64,000 nt of DNA from Octopus vulgaris (GCA_951406725.2 OX597816.1:128092001-128156000); one strand, 5' to 3'. Positions 22,993 through 34,568 are shown, numbered from the stretch's first letter. The notes: a model not told the origin generated them from the sequence alone. Translations and numbers: made by a program.

Positions 22993-24589
22993 TTAATTCC
23001 CACTTAATATTGGTTGGGGTGTTAAAACACAAAATACTGTGATAGCTACATGAGAGAAACTCTCATATTGGCATTTGGTGTGCATGCATGCATATACACA
23101 CATGTATGTATGTATAATTAGAAGCCTGTTTAAGTAATTGGGAAAACCACAATTTAAGATAAGGTGCTCAATAACCTATTGTAGAGCAGAGATACTTGGG
23201 AATTCAGATGATGGCACTTACATGACCAGTCGTCATTCTTTTAAATAACAAAATTATCAGCAAGCAAATGAAATGATCTAAGTTCAAGTTTATAAAGTGT
23301 ATGATAAGATGGGTGATTGAATTCTGAATAAAATTTGGCTAAACATTGCTGTTCAACATACTGTAGACTATTAGGAGTTTGAGATAAGTAGATATGGGAG
23401 GGCAAGCAGAAAAGTATAGCAGATGGTGCTTAGAATACAGAGAGAGAAAATAAAGAGAAAATGAAATCATGTATGGTTAGAAAATGGGTTCTCTGAGAGA
23501 TGCAGGTATGTATGTACGTATGTATGCATATTATATATATATATATATATTTATGAAGTATATTATATGTAGGACATTGGGAAATACATAGAAAAATAGG
23601 TAGTGGACACCATGAAAATGTCAATAATTAAATACTCATTAAAATTTGAATGAAGAATCTTGATTAAAAAATTGGAAATAAGTACATTAAATAGATAAAG
23701 TAAAAAATTTAGCAACATCTGATATTCCAATTTAGTAGTATATAGTTATAAAAATCATTGACATATCAAGAAAAGGATTTGAGAGATCAGTTTCCAAATA
23801 GCCATTAATAAGACCATAAATTAACAAAGATGATAATAATGGTAATAAATAATATGGATAAAAATAAACAATGAAAAATGACTATCAAATTTTTAAATTT
23901 AAAAAGCCAGTTGCAATCAGAATTTTTATCATGGTTTAAAGTATTGAACTAATATACTGAAAACTATGGAATATTTTTAAGTGTTTGTAATTGAAAACCA
24001 TTTCATTATTCATTATATAATAATTAAATTTCAATTATTATAATTGATATTTAATTATTATAGATAATATTTATTAGTATGGCTAATATTTAATTAACTA
24101 TTATAGGTCACATTACTATATGATAAATTTTATGGGGAAGTCGATAGATTGTAGCTTATAAATCATGTGTATTTAAAAATTAAATGTTGATATCACTGGC
24201 TGGTAGCACAGCACAAAGGAAAAAAGTAAGAATTTCAGCTCTAGATATTGTTAACCCAAATGCTGGTAAATTGTGACACTCTATGCTAAGAACATAACAG
24301 AAATTAAAAATAAACATAATTGGGCTTACATAGATTTCTTATTTTTTTTAGTGTGCATCTGTATTAAACAGAAAAATAAATTCTAATGTGTTAAAGAGGG
24401 CCGATATAATACCTTTAAGTTAGGGAGGTAATGAAAGTGTTGTGATATATAAAATCATCTAAGTTTGTATTATGTGAAAGTGTAATAAAAATTAGGTTAA
24501 AATTTTGATAAAATTTAGTATTCGGGCAGAATTTATACGTAAGGGAAAATTTTATACACATGCACACACACACATATATATATAGTTAA

Positions 24590-24822
24590 AAAAAAAACAG
24601 AGAAAAAAGAAAAAGAAAGAACAAACAAATGTGAGGCCATAGCACAAGCAAGTATTAATATGGTGCTCGGAGAAGGAAGAGAGTTGTTGTTTTATGTTTT
24701 GAGTATAGCTCTTCTTCAGAAACAGGAAAAAACAGGAAAGTCCAGAGGGAAAGAAGGAAGAAAAATCGCCAACAGTCCGTATGCGGTTACATTTCTGAAG
24801 TGACCAGAAGTAGAAGGTGGAA
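24590..24822 (-). mobile_element. Short repeat with a hammerhead-like motif
   Basis: Minus strand ~24687-24724: gttt CTGAAGA a gag-ctata-ctc aAAA ca TA aaac. Stems I and II can pair; GAAA is mutated to AAAA. Confidence 0.55.
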
Positions 24823-24836
24823 TACATACATATATA

Positions 24837-24868
<32 letters not shown>

Positions 24869-24938
24869 AGTATGTATGTATGTATATATATATATATATG
24901 AATGTATGTAAATATATATATATGTATATATATGTATG

Positions 24939-24969
<31 letters not shown>

Positions 24970-25037
24970 GAATGTATGTAAATATATATATATTGGAGCT
25001 CCAAAATCAACAATAGCAGCTATTCATGTGTGTGTAT

Positions 25038-25077
<40 letters not shown>

Positions 25078-25079
<2 letters not shown>

Positions 25080-25153
25080 TTTAGCTTAATGGTTCAGAGC
25101 ACCGTGATGCGTAATCATGGAGGTGTGAGTTCAAGTCTCATAGCTGGCTGCCA
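25078..25153 (+). pseudogene. tRNA-like sequence (anticodon loop tgCGTaa, Thr-like); pseudogene or retroelement head
   Basis: D arm tagcttaatggttcagagc, anticodon arm ccgtga-tgcgtaa-tcatgg, T arm gtgag-ttcaagt-ctcat, ending in cca then a T run. The 5' acceptor strand is lost in (TA)n. Confidence 0.6.
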
Positions 25154-25339
25154 ACACTTTTTTCTGCAAAAGTGGGGTAGCTTATCCTGTTCAGGCTATA
25201 TTATTAGCATTATCCTGCGTTTGAGAATTTAAAATCACTTCTTTAACTTTCTAAGACATCTCAATGCTTCTAAAGCAAACTTCGTTTGTTTGTTTATGTT
25301 CATTGTAATTTGAATTTATATATATATATATATATATGC

Positions 25340-25830
25340 TTTTCATATACCAAGACCAAACATCACAGTCAAACCAACAAACCGTAAAACAAAGATTGTA
25401 ACTTGTTACAACCCACTCTTCAACTTACAACTTGGTACACTAACTGCTAAAATATTCTTCGACTGCCTACACATTTTTGATTCTCACACAAAATGCATAA
25501 TCTTCTCAATAGGAAAGTGTAAAATTAACTTACTCCACCATTAAATATTACCTGATAATAATAAAACAAGTTTTCTCAATAGAAAATTGACCAACATGCC
25601 AACATGCATGCAATTAAACTGACCTGAACATGCTATTCTAAGATGAAAAGTACCTAACCAAAAAACTATCAACTTCACCATTGTCCACATTAACTTCTCA
25701 AATCTAACATACAGTCAACATATGTACTTATAAATCTAAGCTATATCTTACAGCCAACATATGCACACTCATTCTGTAGCTGTAAAGCATGAAATGACAC
25801 AACACTTTCAGTACACATTTGGTCACTTAA
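25340..25830 (+). pseudogene. Degraded Penelope-like fragment (RT-endonuclease linker region)
   Basis: KIVTCYNPLFNLQLGTLTAKIFF resembles the PLE I.WYNPPFS..V.T...K.F motif. Frameshifted downstream. Confidence 0.5.
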
Positions 25831-25869
25831 TAGGAAGCAATACCTGCTACAGCACATTTAGAAATTGGC

Positions 25870-26279
25870 ACCCAGCAGATGCCAGGACCCCTGGACTGGA
25901 GATACGTAAAAAGCACTATCCGAATCGTGGCCGATGCCAGCGCCGCCTCAACTGGCTTCCGTGTCGGTGGCACGTAAAAAACACCATCCGAATCATGGCC
26001 GAAGCCAGTGCCGCCTCGACTGGCTTCCGTGCAGGTGGCACGTAAAATGCACCAATCCGACCGTGGCCGACCAGCCTCGCCTGGCACCAGTGCAGGTGGC
26101 ACGTAAAAAGCACCCACTACACTCACGGAGTGGTTGGCGTTAGGAAGGGCATCCACCTGCAGAAACATTGCCAGATAAGACCGGAGCCTGGTGCAGCCTT
26201 CTGGCTTCCCAGATCCCCAGTCGAACCGTTCAACCCATGCTAGCATGGAGAACGGACGTTAAACGATGATGATGATGAT
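25870..26279 (+). mobile_element. Young RTE-type 3' UTR fragment with internal ~55-65 bp repeat units
   Basis: acgtaaaa-anchored units recur four times, then the tail aacccatgctagcatggagaacggacgttaaac(gat)n. Confidence 0.9.
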
Positions 26280-26289
26280 CCTGGGAAGT

Positions 26290-27022
26290 GAGTTGGCATA
26301 ATCATTTGCATGCCAAGCAAAATGCTTAGCGACATTTCATCAATCTTCACATTCTGAATTCAAAAATCACCAAGACTGACTTTGTTTTTCATTCTTTTGG
26401 TGTTGATAAAATAAGTACCAGGCAAGCACTTCGGTTGATGTAATTGGCTTAACCTCTTGACATCGGTTGACGCAAATATGCGATCACACTTTTGCTTGCC
26501 TACCTGCGGTTAACGTAAATATACGATAAAGCTGCCCTACATCTATCACAGACTTTTTAGCGGCTGACGTATGTTTACATTTGCTATTGTGTATTTTATC
26601 TCTTGAGGTGTGCGTGCACACCATCCTATGCATTATCTTAGCTATTTTAGGTTACGTTCAAGTCATGAGACTAGGAGTAGACCAATGACATGCGGATACT
26701 TTACATGCATAACACTGTGTTTTGAGTTGTACCACATGCAAGCTATTTTTTGCACTTGAGCAGAATAACTTATGCAGCATATATTATGATAAATAGCTTC
26801 ACATAGTTCGTTTTCATAAACCGGTAGACTTAAATGTACAACGCTATGTTATTAGAATGGTGAACGTAAATAGACATGAGCTCATTGGCATTTGTGTGTT
26901 TTCGTGGTCTCATTAGATAAAAAAAAACCAGAGCAGTGTCTCACATGCTTCGGGTAATACCAGCGACAAGGGGTTAACCCTACTCAAAACTGCTGGTCTT
27001 GTGCCAACATTTGAAACTATTA
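26290..27022 (+). mobile_element. SINE family B split by a piggyBac-type insertion
   Basis: SINE body runs to 26452 and resumes at 26978 (ccctactcaaaactgctggtcttgtgccaacatttgaaactattat). Confidence 0.8.
26453..26973. mobile_element. Non-autonomous piggyBac-type element
   Basis: TTAA duplicated at 26449-26452 and 26974-26977; imperfect TIRs cctcttgac / gacaagggg. Confidence 0.8.
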
Positions 27023-27155
27023 TATTCTCCATTTCCACACCTTAATCTGGCAACCAGATGTCCTTTAGATTTGGCAACACAGAAAATCTTGAAATTTTAA
27101 ATTCCTCCACTTAAATGATTTTTAAAAATTCAGAAATTAATCTCAGTGTCCACAT

Positions 27156-27282
27156 GGGCTTCTTTCAGTTTCTGTCAATCAAATCCACTTGTAAGGCTTT
27201 GATTGAACCAGCATTATAGTAAATAACACTTGCCAAAGTTATCACACAGTGGTCTGAACCTGAAGACACATGGTTGGGAAAG
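27156..27282 (-). mobile_element. SINE family A 5' fragment
   Basis: gggcttctttcagtttctgtc...aaatccactt...acacttgccaa is the reverse complement of the family A head. Confidence 0.75.
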
Positions 27283-27527
27283 TAGCAAATACACACTTAT
27301 TGCTAGGTAGATAGATAGATAGGTATACACACACATGCACTCAGTAGCTTACATACATAAATACATACATGCATACATATATACATACATATATATATAA
27401 AGAGAGAGAAAGAGGAGAGAGAGATGTACATATGTAGGTGTATATATAAGATATATTATATAATATATATGCTAATATTTATATATAGTGTGTGTACATA
27501 GTATATTTATATATGACTATAGATATA

Positions 27528-27930
27528 GGTAGGAGTGGCTGTGTGTTAAGTAGCTTGCTTACCAGCCACATGGTTCTGGGTTCAGTCCCACTGTGTGGCA
27601 CCTTGAGCAAGTGCCTTCTACTATAGCCTCGGGCCAACCAAAGTCTTGTGAGTGGATTTGGTAGCGGGAAACTGAAAGAAGCCTGTTGTATATATGCATA
27701 TATGTATATGTATGTGTGTGTGTATATGTTTGTGTGTCTGTGTTTGTTCCCCCAACATTGCTTGACAACCGATGCTGGTGTGTTTACGTCCCCGTAACTT
27801 AGTGCTTCTGCAAAAGAGACTGATAGAATAAGTACTAGGCTTACAAAGAATATGTCCTGGGGTCGATTTGCTTGACTAAAGGTGGTGCTCCAGCACAGCC
27901 ACAGTCAAATGACCGAAACAAGTAAAAGAG
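27528..27930 (+). mobile_element. tRNA-derived SINE family A, full length
   Basis: Same head, body and tail as 15695-16088. Confidence 0.9.
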
Positions 27931-28332
27931 TATATATATGATAAGTTTCTTACAATTTATATGCATGTGTGTGTGTGCGTGTATACATACATGTCTGTGT
28001 ACAAAAGAGTGTGTATGTTGATATTCCATACTTATCACTTTCTGAGCAACACTGTGAGAATATTGGCATTTCTTGTTGACATTGTAACATGTGACACTGT
28101 TGGTGTGGATATGTTTTTTTGAAAAATCTGATTGAAAAAACAGCTAAGTACTTGTGACAGGAAGTGCATTTAGCCTAAAGTCATGCCTGAGATAAACTTC
28201 CTGTCTACTCCATGCTAGCATAAAAAGCAGATGTTAAGTGAACAAGCAGATATTTACATCTACTCACTGATATACGCATATTTCTACTTATAAACACACA
28301 TATATATTGATATATAATAACAAAATATGCAA

Positions 28333-28379
<47 letters not shown>

Positions 28380-29022
28380 CATGTAAATATATGTGTGTGT
28401 GTGTATCAATCTCACATACACAATGCATGTACTTAATCACCTGCCTTAATTTCTGTAGTATAGCACTTAGGGGAAAAACGTCCTACTAACTCTGGGTGTC
28501 AAAACACCTAAAAATCAGAGACCAGGTGAGACAACTCACCTTGGATTGAGCCAAGAGTGGTGGATATTGATATTTTGCCATTGATGTGGGTTATCAATAC
28601 TATGACATCATGTAGGTGGATTGAAACAAAGATGTACTGAATGCCTGATCTATGAATATACAGAAATAGTATAAGGACTTCTTGACGAGTATGTAGTGTT
28701 GATAAGCTGCAACAAAGGTAAAATGTCGGTATTGGCTCATGATTGTAAGATCTTGATTTCACTTTCCAGTCGCACATTGTGTCTTTGATCAAAATGCTTT
28801 ATTTAATGTTCTCCAGTACCTCTTGTTCAATGGACCAGCATTGTCACAGTTGTGAATCTCTTGAGATTTAAGGTTTTTATGTCTGTGGAGTGCTCACATA
28901 CGCTCACACAATAATTTTACAAGTAAGCAGTTCCATTGATTGAATTAACTGGAACACTCATGGTCACAGCCAACAGAGTACCCAGCCATATGTGTGTGTG
29001 TGTGTATGTGTGTGTATGTGTG

Positions 29023-29068
<46 letters not shown>

Positions 29069-29144
29069 CGAAGGTGTGTAAATGTATATATATATACATA
29101 TATGTATGTGTGTGTATATATGTACATATGTATGTCTATCTGCA

Positions 29145-29188
<44 letters not shown>

Positions 29189-29261
29189 ACTGAGTAGACA
29201 AGGAAAGAAGGGCATTGAACACATTTATTAAGAGTTACAAGTATGGATCAAACAGTTTCAT

Positions 29262-29379
29262 TCAAACTCTTTGGTACTCTGAGTTTCAAGCATGTCGCTA
29301 GTTATCGGCCATTAGGTGTCAGACTCCTAATAGCCAATGACTAGTTACATGCTTGAACTCAGAGTACCAAGGAGTTTGA
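29262..29379. repeat. Near-perfect palindrome with ~58-bp arms
   Basis: tcaaactctttggtactctgagtttcaagcatgt...attaggtgtc a gactcctaat...acatgcttgaactcagagtaccaaggagtttga. Confidence 0.9.
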
Positions 29380-29605
29380 TCCAAGCAAAAACACACATAC
29401 GCACACAGATATATATATATATAGTGTACTGTTCCATGATGATACAATCAGCAAAAAAGTACTTAATCTGGTCAGCGGTAAATATTATTTAATAAACACA
29501 GTATATGTTTTTATCTGCTACTATTAGTTTCATGTGCTGAGAGCATGTCATACTGTTTCTAACATATCTGGTGTCCCAGTACAATCATCAGACACTGCCC
29601 ACATG

Positions 29606-29640
<35 letters not shown>

Positions 29641-30665
29641 CATATGCATATATTTATGTAAAGCAAATATATGCATACATATTTCAATTTGTAGGCCACC
29701 ATGTTTTACTCCTACTGAACCAAAATTTTGCATGTTAGCACATTTTTCTAAGGTCAATATTGGACGTTGTGAGAGAGGTTTTGAAATTCGATTGTTTTAG
29801 CAACTGATAGTAAACACAAGGATATTCAATGCCCAAAAGCACAGCAACAGCCATTGGGAAGAAAATTATAAATAAAATAAACATATATTCTCACTTATAT
29901 ATTAACAGAGCAAACTTAAGGTTTTTATCTCTCCACGCTGAAGACAGAGGCTGAATTTATCCAACATTTATTTGCTTCCATTACAGAACTGAATCTGCCA
30001 ATATTTTGAAGTAACTCCATACCCCAGAAACAGCTGTCAGACTTTAATGCCATATTTCTCCCCTATAGTTTTCTGTCTTTGTACATTTCATTTTATTTAA
30101 ATGTCTACAGTATTTTGAGAGAAATAATGTTTTCCAGAAGGTAAAAGAAAATACAAAAAATTTAGTTTTAGTTCAGGTTCCATGGGATATTATGTAGATT
30201 AACTTCAACTAATATCAGTATTACATAGCAGCAATAATACTGAAAGAATCAGCATTCCTGGACTAACTGAAGATTACTAGCTTCTTTTTAAAGAAATTTA
30301 TTCAAACTAATGATTTTACATCAGTATACATTTTAGTATTAATAAACTTTAGCAAGGCCAGTATGGTTTCAAATGTATACATGCATGTATGTATGTGTAT
30401 ATAAACATATTTATGTGTGTGTGTGTGTGTGTATACATATATTCATATCTATGCATGCATATATATATATATATGTCAATATGCATATATGCATGTGTAT
30501 ATATATATATATATGTATATGTGTGTGTATATGTATATACATATATGTATGCATATATCTATATATATGTATATATATGTGTGTGTATGTATATGCATAT
30601 ATATACACACATATATATATAAATAAATAAATGGAGTTTAACACAGGTGTAATTCAAATTCTTTT

Positions 30666-30754
30666 ACTTCTGACACATGTTTCGAAGATATCACTAATAT
30701 TATTTCAAAGGAATGAAATGGTGTAAAACAACGTAATCTTCTCTTCAGGGAAGT
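30666..30754 (-). ncRNA. Type-I hammerhead ribozyme motif with long stem-loop II
   Basis: Minus strand: acttcc CTGAAGA gaagat...atcttc GAAA catgtg TC agaagt. Core is intact with a GUC triplet, stem II has 6 bp, stem I has 5 of 6 bp. Confidence 0.7.
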
Positions 30755-30965
30755 GAAGAAATGAAACTCATCAATAAGACATTTTAACAGAAAATGATGG
30801 ATATGTATTGGGATTTAACTGAACGCTATTAATATTGTTTGAAAAAACGTTATATGATATATATAAGGTTTTATTTAATATACATATAGTCATATACCTC
30901 TCATTTATTTAGTTTTTCTTTAATTTATCCCTCCTCTTTCTATAGGCTACCTCTGACATTATATC

Positions 30966-31032
30966 ATATGGTGTAGTGGTTAAAAGCACGGGCTACTAAC
31001 CCCAAGATCCCGAGTTCGATTCCAAGCAGTGA
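30966..31032 (+). promoter_or_regulatory. tRNA-like segment with Pol III A and B boxes within the Penelope pseudo-LTR
   Basis: A box tggtgtagtgg (30969-30979) and B box gagttcgattcc (31012-31023). Also present in the other copy at ~2192-2262(-). Confidence 0.7.
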
Positions 31033-32137
31033 TCTGAACAATAATAATAATAACAACATCGAAGAATACCTTAGGAATGGGAACCCAGGTTCTAAATTTC
31101 CCCAAGACACCTAAAGAAGGCTGGAGGGTATATCAGCTGAAATGTTGTGTTAACAACAAACACGATGAGGACAAATATCCGTCAGATGTAAATAATGTAC
31201 ATAATTCCTCATCTCTTAAATATAGGACTGTATTATCTAATCAGTACGGAGCCGACATTAGACTTCAATGGAGATATATAGAGAAGCTCCATCAAAAACT
31301 AGCTCGTCTTTCAAACCATCTAACTTTCTTATATAGACGTAGAGACTCAAGGCTAAAACCACCTGGCATGAATATAATGACACCAGTCGATTCACAAAAA
31401 GCTAAAAGAGTAGCGGAACGGGCAGGACATGCCCTTGTCCGTGAGAGGATCCATTACAACCGTTGGAAAAAACATCCACTAAATAATGAAATCAAAGAGA
31501 GGTTATCCTCATTACTTAGAAAAATAACCAGAGATGATAGAAAGAGAATCCAGCAAGATCTGGAAAAGTCGTACATGAAAGAATTTGAAGTGGTGAAGAC
31601 ATGCCAGATTAAGAAGTTTATGAAACTCAAAGGTCAGAGAATGAAGACTGAAATCCATCACCCACCAGTGAAAGCAGTAATTAATGTAAGTAGCTGACAT
31701 CTAGAAAGCTCTGAAGAAGCAGTACTGAACAAAGGTCTCAACTTTTTGACAACCATCAAGTGCATTCCATACATGGACATAATAGCCCCTATTGAAGAGA
31801 TAGCCGTAAAGATAACAAAAACTCAGGGAGATGAACTAAGGTGGAAAGTGAGACAGGTACTAGGAAAAGCAAAAACTCCTAAACCAAACATCCCTAAAGA
31901 AGAAAATTTCGCTATCAAAAGACTACAGAGTGACAATTCCATCATATTACTTCCAGCAGACAAGGGAAACGCTACAGTGGTGATGAACAAATCTGACTAC
32001 TATGAAAAATTGGCAAGTCTTATAAGCGATGGTAGCTACAGCAAAGTAAAGAAAGATCCTACTTTGAAAACAGAGAGGAAGTTGTCACAGATCTTGATCA
32101 AGAACAAGGATCACTTTACACCAATGAAATACAGACA
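30966..32137 (+). mobile_element. Penelope-like retroelement: 5' pseudo-LTR plus ORF N-terminus to the start of RT, 3'-truncated
   Basis: ORFs 31077..31697 and 31746..32243 share a frame split by one TGA. Motifs NHLTFL, VINVSS*HLESSEEAVLNKGLNF and IILLPADKGNATVVMNKSDY are typical of PLEs. Confidence 0.92.
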
Positions 32138-32844
32138 TATATATTCTAACCTATATATTCTGATAGAAGACGTTTTGTTATTACTGTTATTATTAACAGA
32201 TATATGTGCAGAACAAATGATAATGACTCACAATGTTGTTTAAGGGAGAAAAAGAAAATACATAAGATGATTTGGCTTTAGCTGTCATATAGTAAGGAAT
32301 AAACAAACAAAACACAAGATAAAAAAGATCACAAGATTTACCTGGATTTGCTGATTCTTCAAAGCTTAATGGATTAATCAGAGTGAACTAACAATATACA
32401 TAGAGAGGTGACCTGCTAAACTACAAGCTATTCTCTTTATGAGGGATATCAAGTGCATTTTATTTACCTAACATAATAATCAATGTAACAGTGTACTATA
32501 TTATGTGTGTGTGGGGTGCAGACTCAACAGAACAGGAGAGTTGCTCAAGAGGTCACAGGATGTGTGATGAAAGATTTCAGACAAAGGACACTAAAATAAG
32601 AACAATAATAAAGCTAAAGTAAAGAATGAGTATATAGTGTGTATATTTGGCAAAAAACAATGACCATCCCAAAATATAACAAAATATATATATGTATATA
32701 TAAGAGATAATGGTGTCATTGAGACCCAAAGGTGTCAGGTAATGCTGAATAAGTGCTACAGACAGACCATAGTTAAGTTCCAGATTCAGTAATATTGTGA
32801 ATAAAGGGTTCAACGTTGGTTCTATGTCCGTGTGTGTATATAAG

Positions 32845-33280
32845 AATTTTTTGCATAATAAGATAAAAAAACCAAGGCTGTATAGATATTAGAGCATTTA
32901 TAAATAGAAGGTCTTACAGCTGTTTAAAAATCTGCTGGATCTCACTCATAAGGGAATCTTACATAGCTTATAAACTCTATATTTGGACTTTTGGATTTTA
33001 CTCAAAGGATATTGGAATATTGCATATATACCATTATGCCTATAAAACGGATTTACAACTTCAATAACCATACATATCTTACATCTATTTTCTCTCTGCC
33101 ACTTCACTCTCTATTTGTATCACATCTAAACTAAGTATGACTTAATTTTCCTCTCACACCATCTCAGATGAAAGGATATTATTAATTCATATCCTAGAAA
33201 CAGCTGTAAGACCTTCTGTCTATAAATGCTATAATATCTATACAGCCTTGGTGTTTTTATCTTATTATGCAAAGAATTAT
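32845..33280. repeat. ~80-bp inverted repeat pair, each arm bordered internally by a hammerhead-like motif
   Basis: 32845-32925 is the reverse complement of 33198-33280. Plus-strand motif 33161-33212: atct CAGATGA a aggatat...atatcct a GAAA cagctg TA agac. Confidence 0.8.
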
Positions 33281-33319
33281 TTTTATATGTGTATGTATGT
33301 ATATATATATATATATATA

Positions 33320-33600
33320 AGTTGAAACCTATAGAAAAGCAAAAGATGAAGACAGGTGTATGAACAAGCAAGTGTATTAGTTTGACGGTCGGGAAAAATG
33401 AAAAAGTCTTTTTTATGTTTTGAGCCTATACTCTTCAACAGAAAGGAATAGAAGAAAATAAACAGAGAGAGTGAAAAAAAATTTGTTGATTTCAGTAGTC
33501 CAGCAAGGCAAATGATTGGAAAAAAAAGAAGTTGAAAGAAAAGGAGTTAATAAAAAAGAGGTTGAATGAAAGGGAGATAATAAAGGGCTAGTGATCCCAA
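33320..33600 (-). mobile_element. Second copy of the hammerhead-like short repeat seen at 4862-5120
   Basis: caaaaga..aagacaggt...gtattagt...gaaaaagtcttt...gagcctatactcttcaacagaaaggaa. Minus core CTGTTGA a gagt-atag-gctc aAAA. Confidence 0.6.
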
Positions 33601-33911
33601 CATGAGAAGGTATCATGTGTGTGTGTGTGAATGTGTTTGTGTGTGTGTATTCTTTTATTCTTTTACTTGTTTCAGTCATTTGACTGTGGCCATGCTGTGG
33701 AAAAAATATGTTTCACCTTGAAACACATACATAGGTGTATGTAGACACACACATGGTTGGTGTTTGGAAGGGCATCCAGCTGCAAAAACCAAGCCAAATT
33801 AGACTGGAACCCAGTGCAGCTCTCCAGTTCATCAGCTCCAGTCGAACTGTCTAACCCATGCCAGCATGGAGAGCGAACGTTAAATGGTGATGATGATGAT
33901 GAAGATGATGA

Positions 33912-33953
<42 letters not shown>

Positions 33954-34181
33954 TTATACATGACAGGCTTCTCATTGCTCCTGAATGGGATTTGGGGTAA
34001 ATTGTCTCACTTTTCTATGATTTTCAGATGTCTTAACACCTAGTGCTTCAAGAAAGTCATCCCCATTGCACTAAACTGCAGCCTATCAGCAAACTACTAC
34101 ATTAAAAGGCATTGAATATGTGTGGTTGATAATGTCTACAACACTGGTGCTGTTTCTAATTCATATTTGAATATATACATA

Positions 34182-34568
34182 GGTGCAGTTATGGCTGTGT
34201 GGTAAGAACCTTGCTTTCCAACCACATGTTTCTGGGTTCAATCCCACTGTGTGGCACCTTGGGCAAGTGTCTTCTACTATAGTCATGGATCAGCCAAAGC
34301 CTTGTGATTGGATTTGATAAATGGAAACTGAAAGAAGCCCATTGTGTATATGTGTGTGTTTCTTTGTGTATGTGTTTGTCCCCTCATCAACATTTGACAA
34401 CCAGTGATGGTGTGTTTACATTCCCACAACTTAGTGTTTCAGCAAAGAGACTGATGCAATAAGTACTAGGCTTAAAAATAAGTACTGGGGTTGAATTATT
34501 CAGCAAAAGCACTTCACAGCAGTGCTCCAGCATGTCAGTAGTCAACTGACTGAAACAAGTAAAAGAAG
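34182..34568 (+). mobile_element. tRNA-derived SINE family A (older copy)
   Basis: Same structure as the other family A copies, more diverged. Confidence 0.88.

Noticed and set aside
23620-24550. Mitochondrial insertion (12S rRNA-like appearance)
   Set aside because: I could not find conserved rRNA motifs such as GTGCCAGC, GGATTAGATACCC or AAGTCGTAAC on either strand.
30966-31032. Functional tRNA gene
   Set aside because: No proper acceptor stem, and it is embedded in a repeated retroelement terminus. The same applies to the SINE heads.
32342-32387. Possible minus-strand exon (FTLINPLSFEESANP), and similar candidates at ~30111-30140(+), ~59875-59915(-) and ~62620-62708(-)
   Set aside because: Splice-like signals only. 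The peptides are unrecognisable or all frames are closed, as expected by chance in 64 kb.
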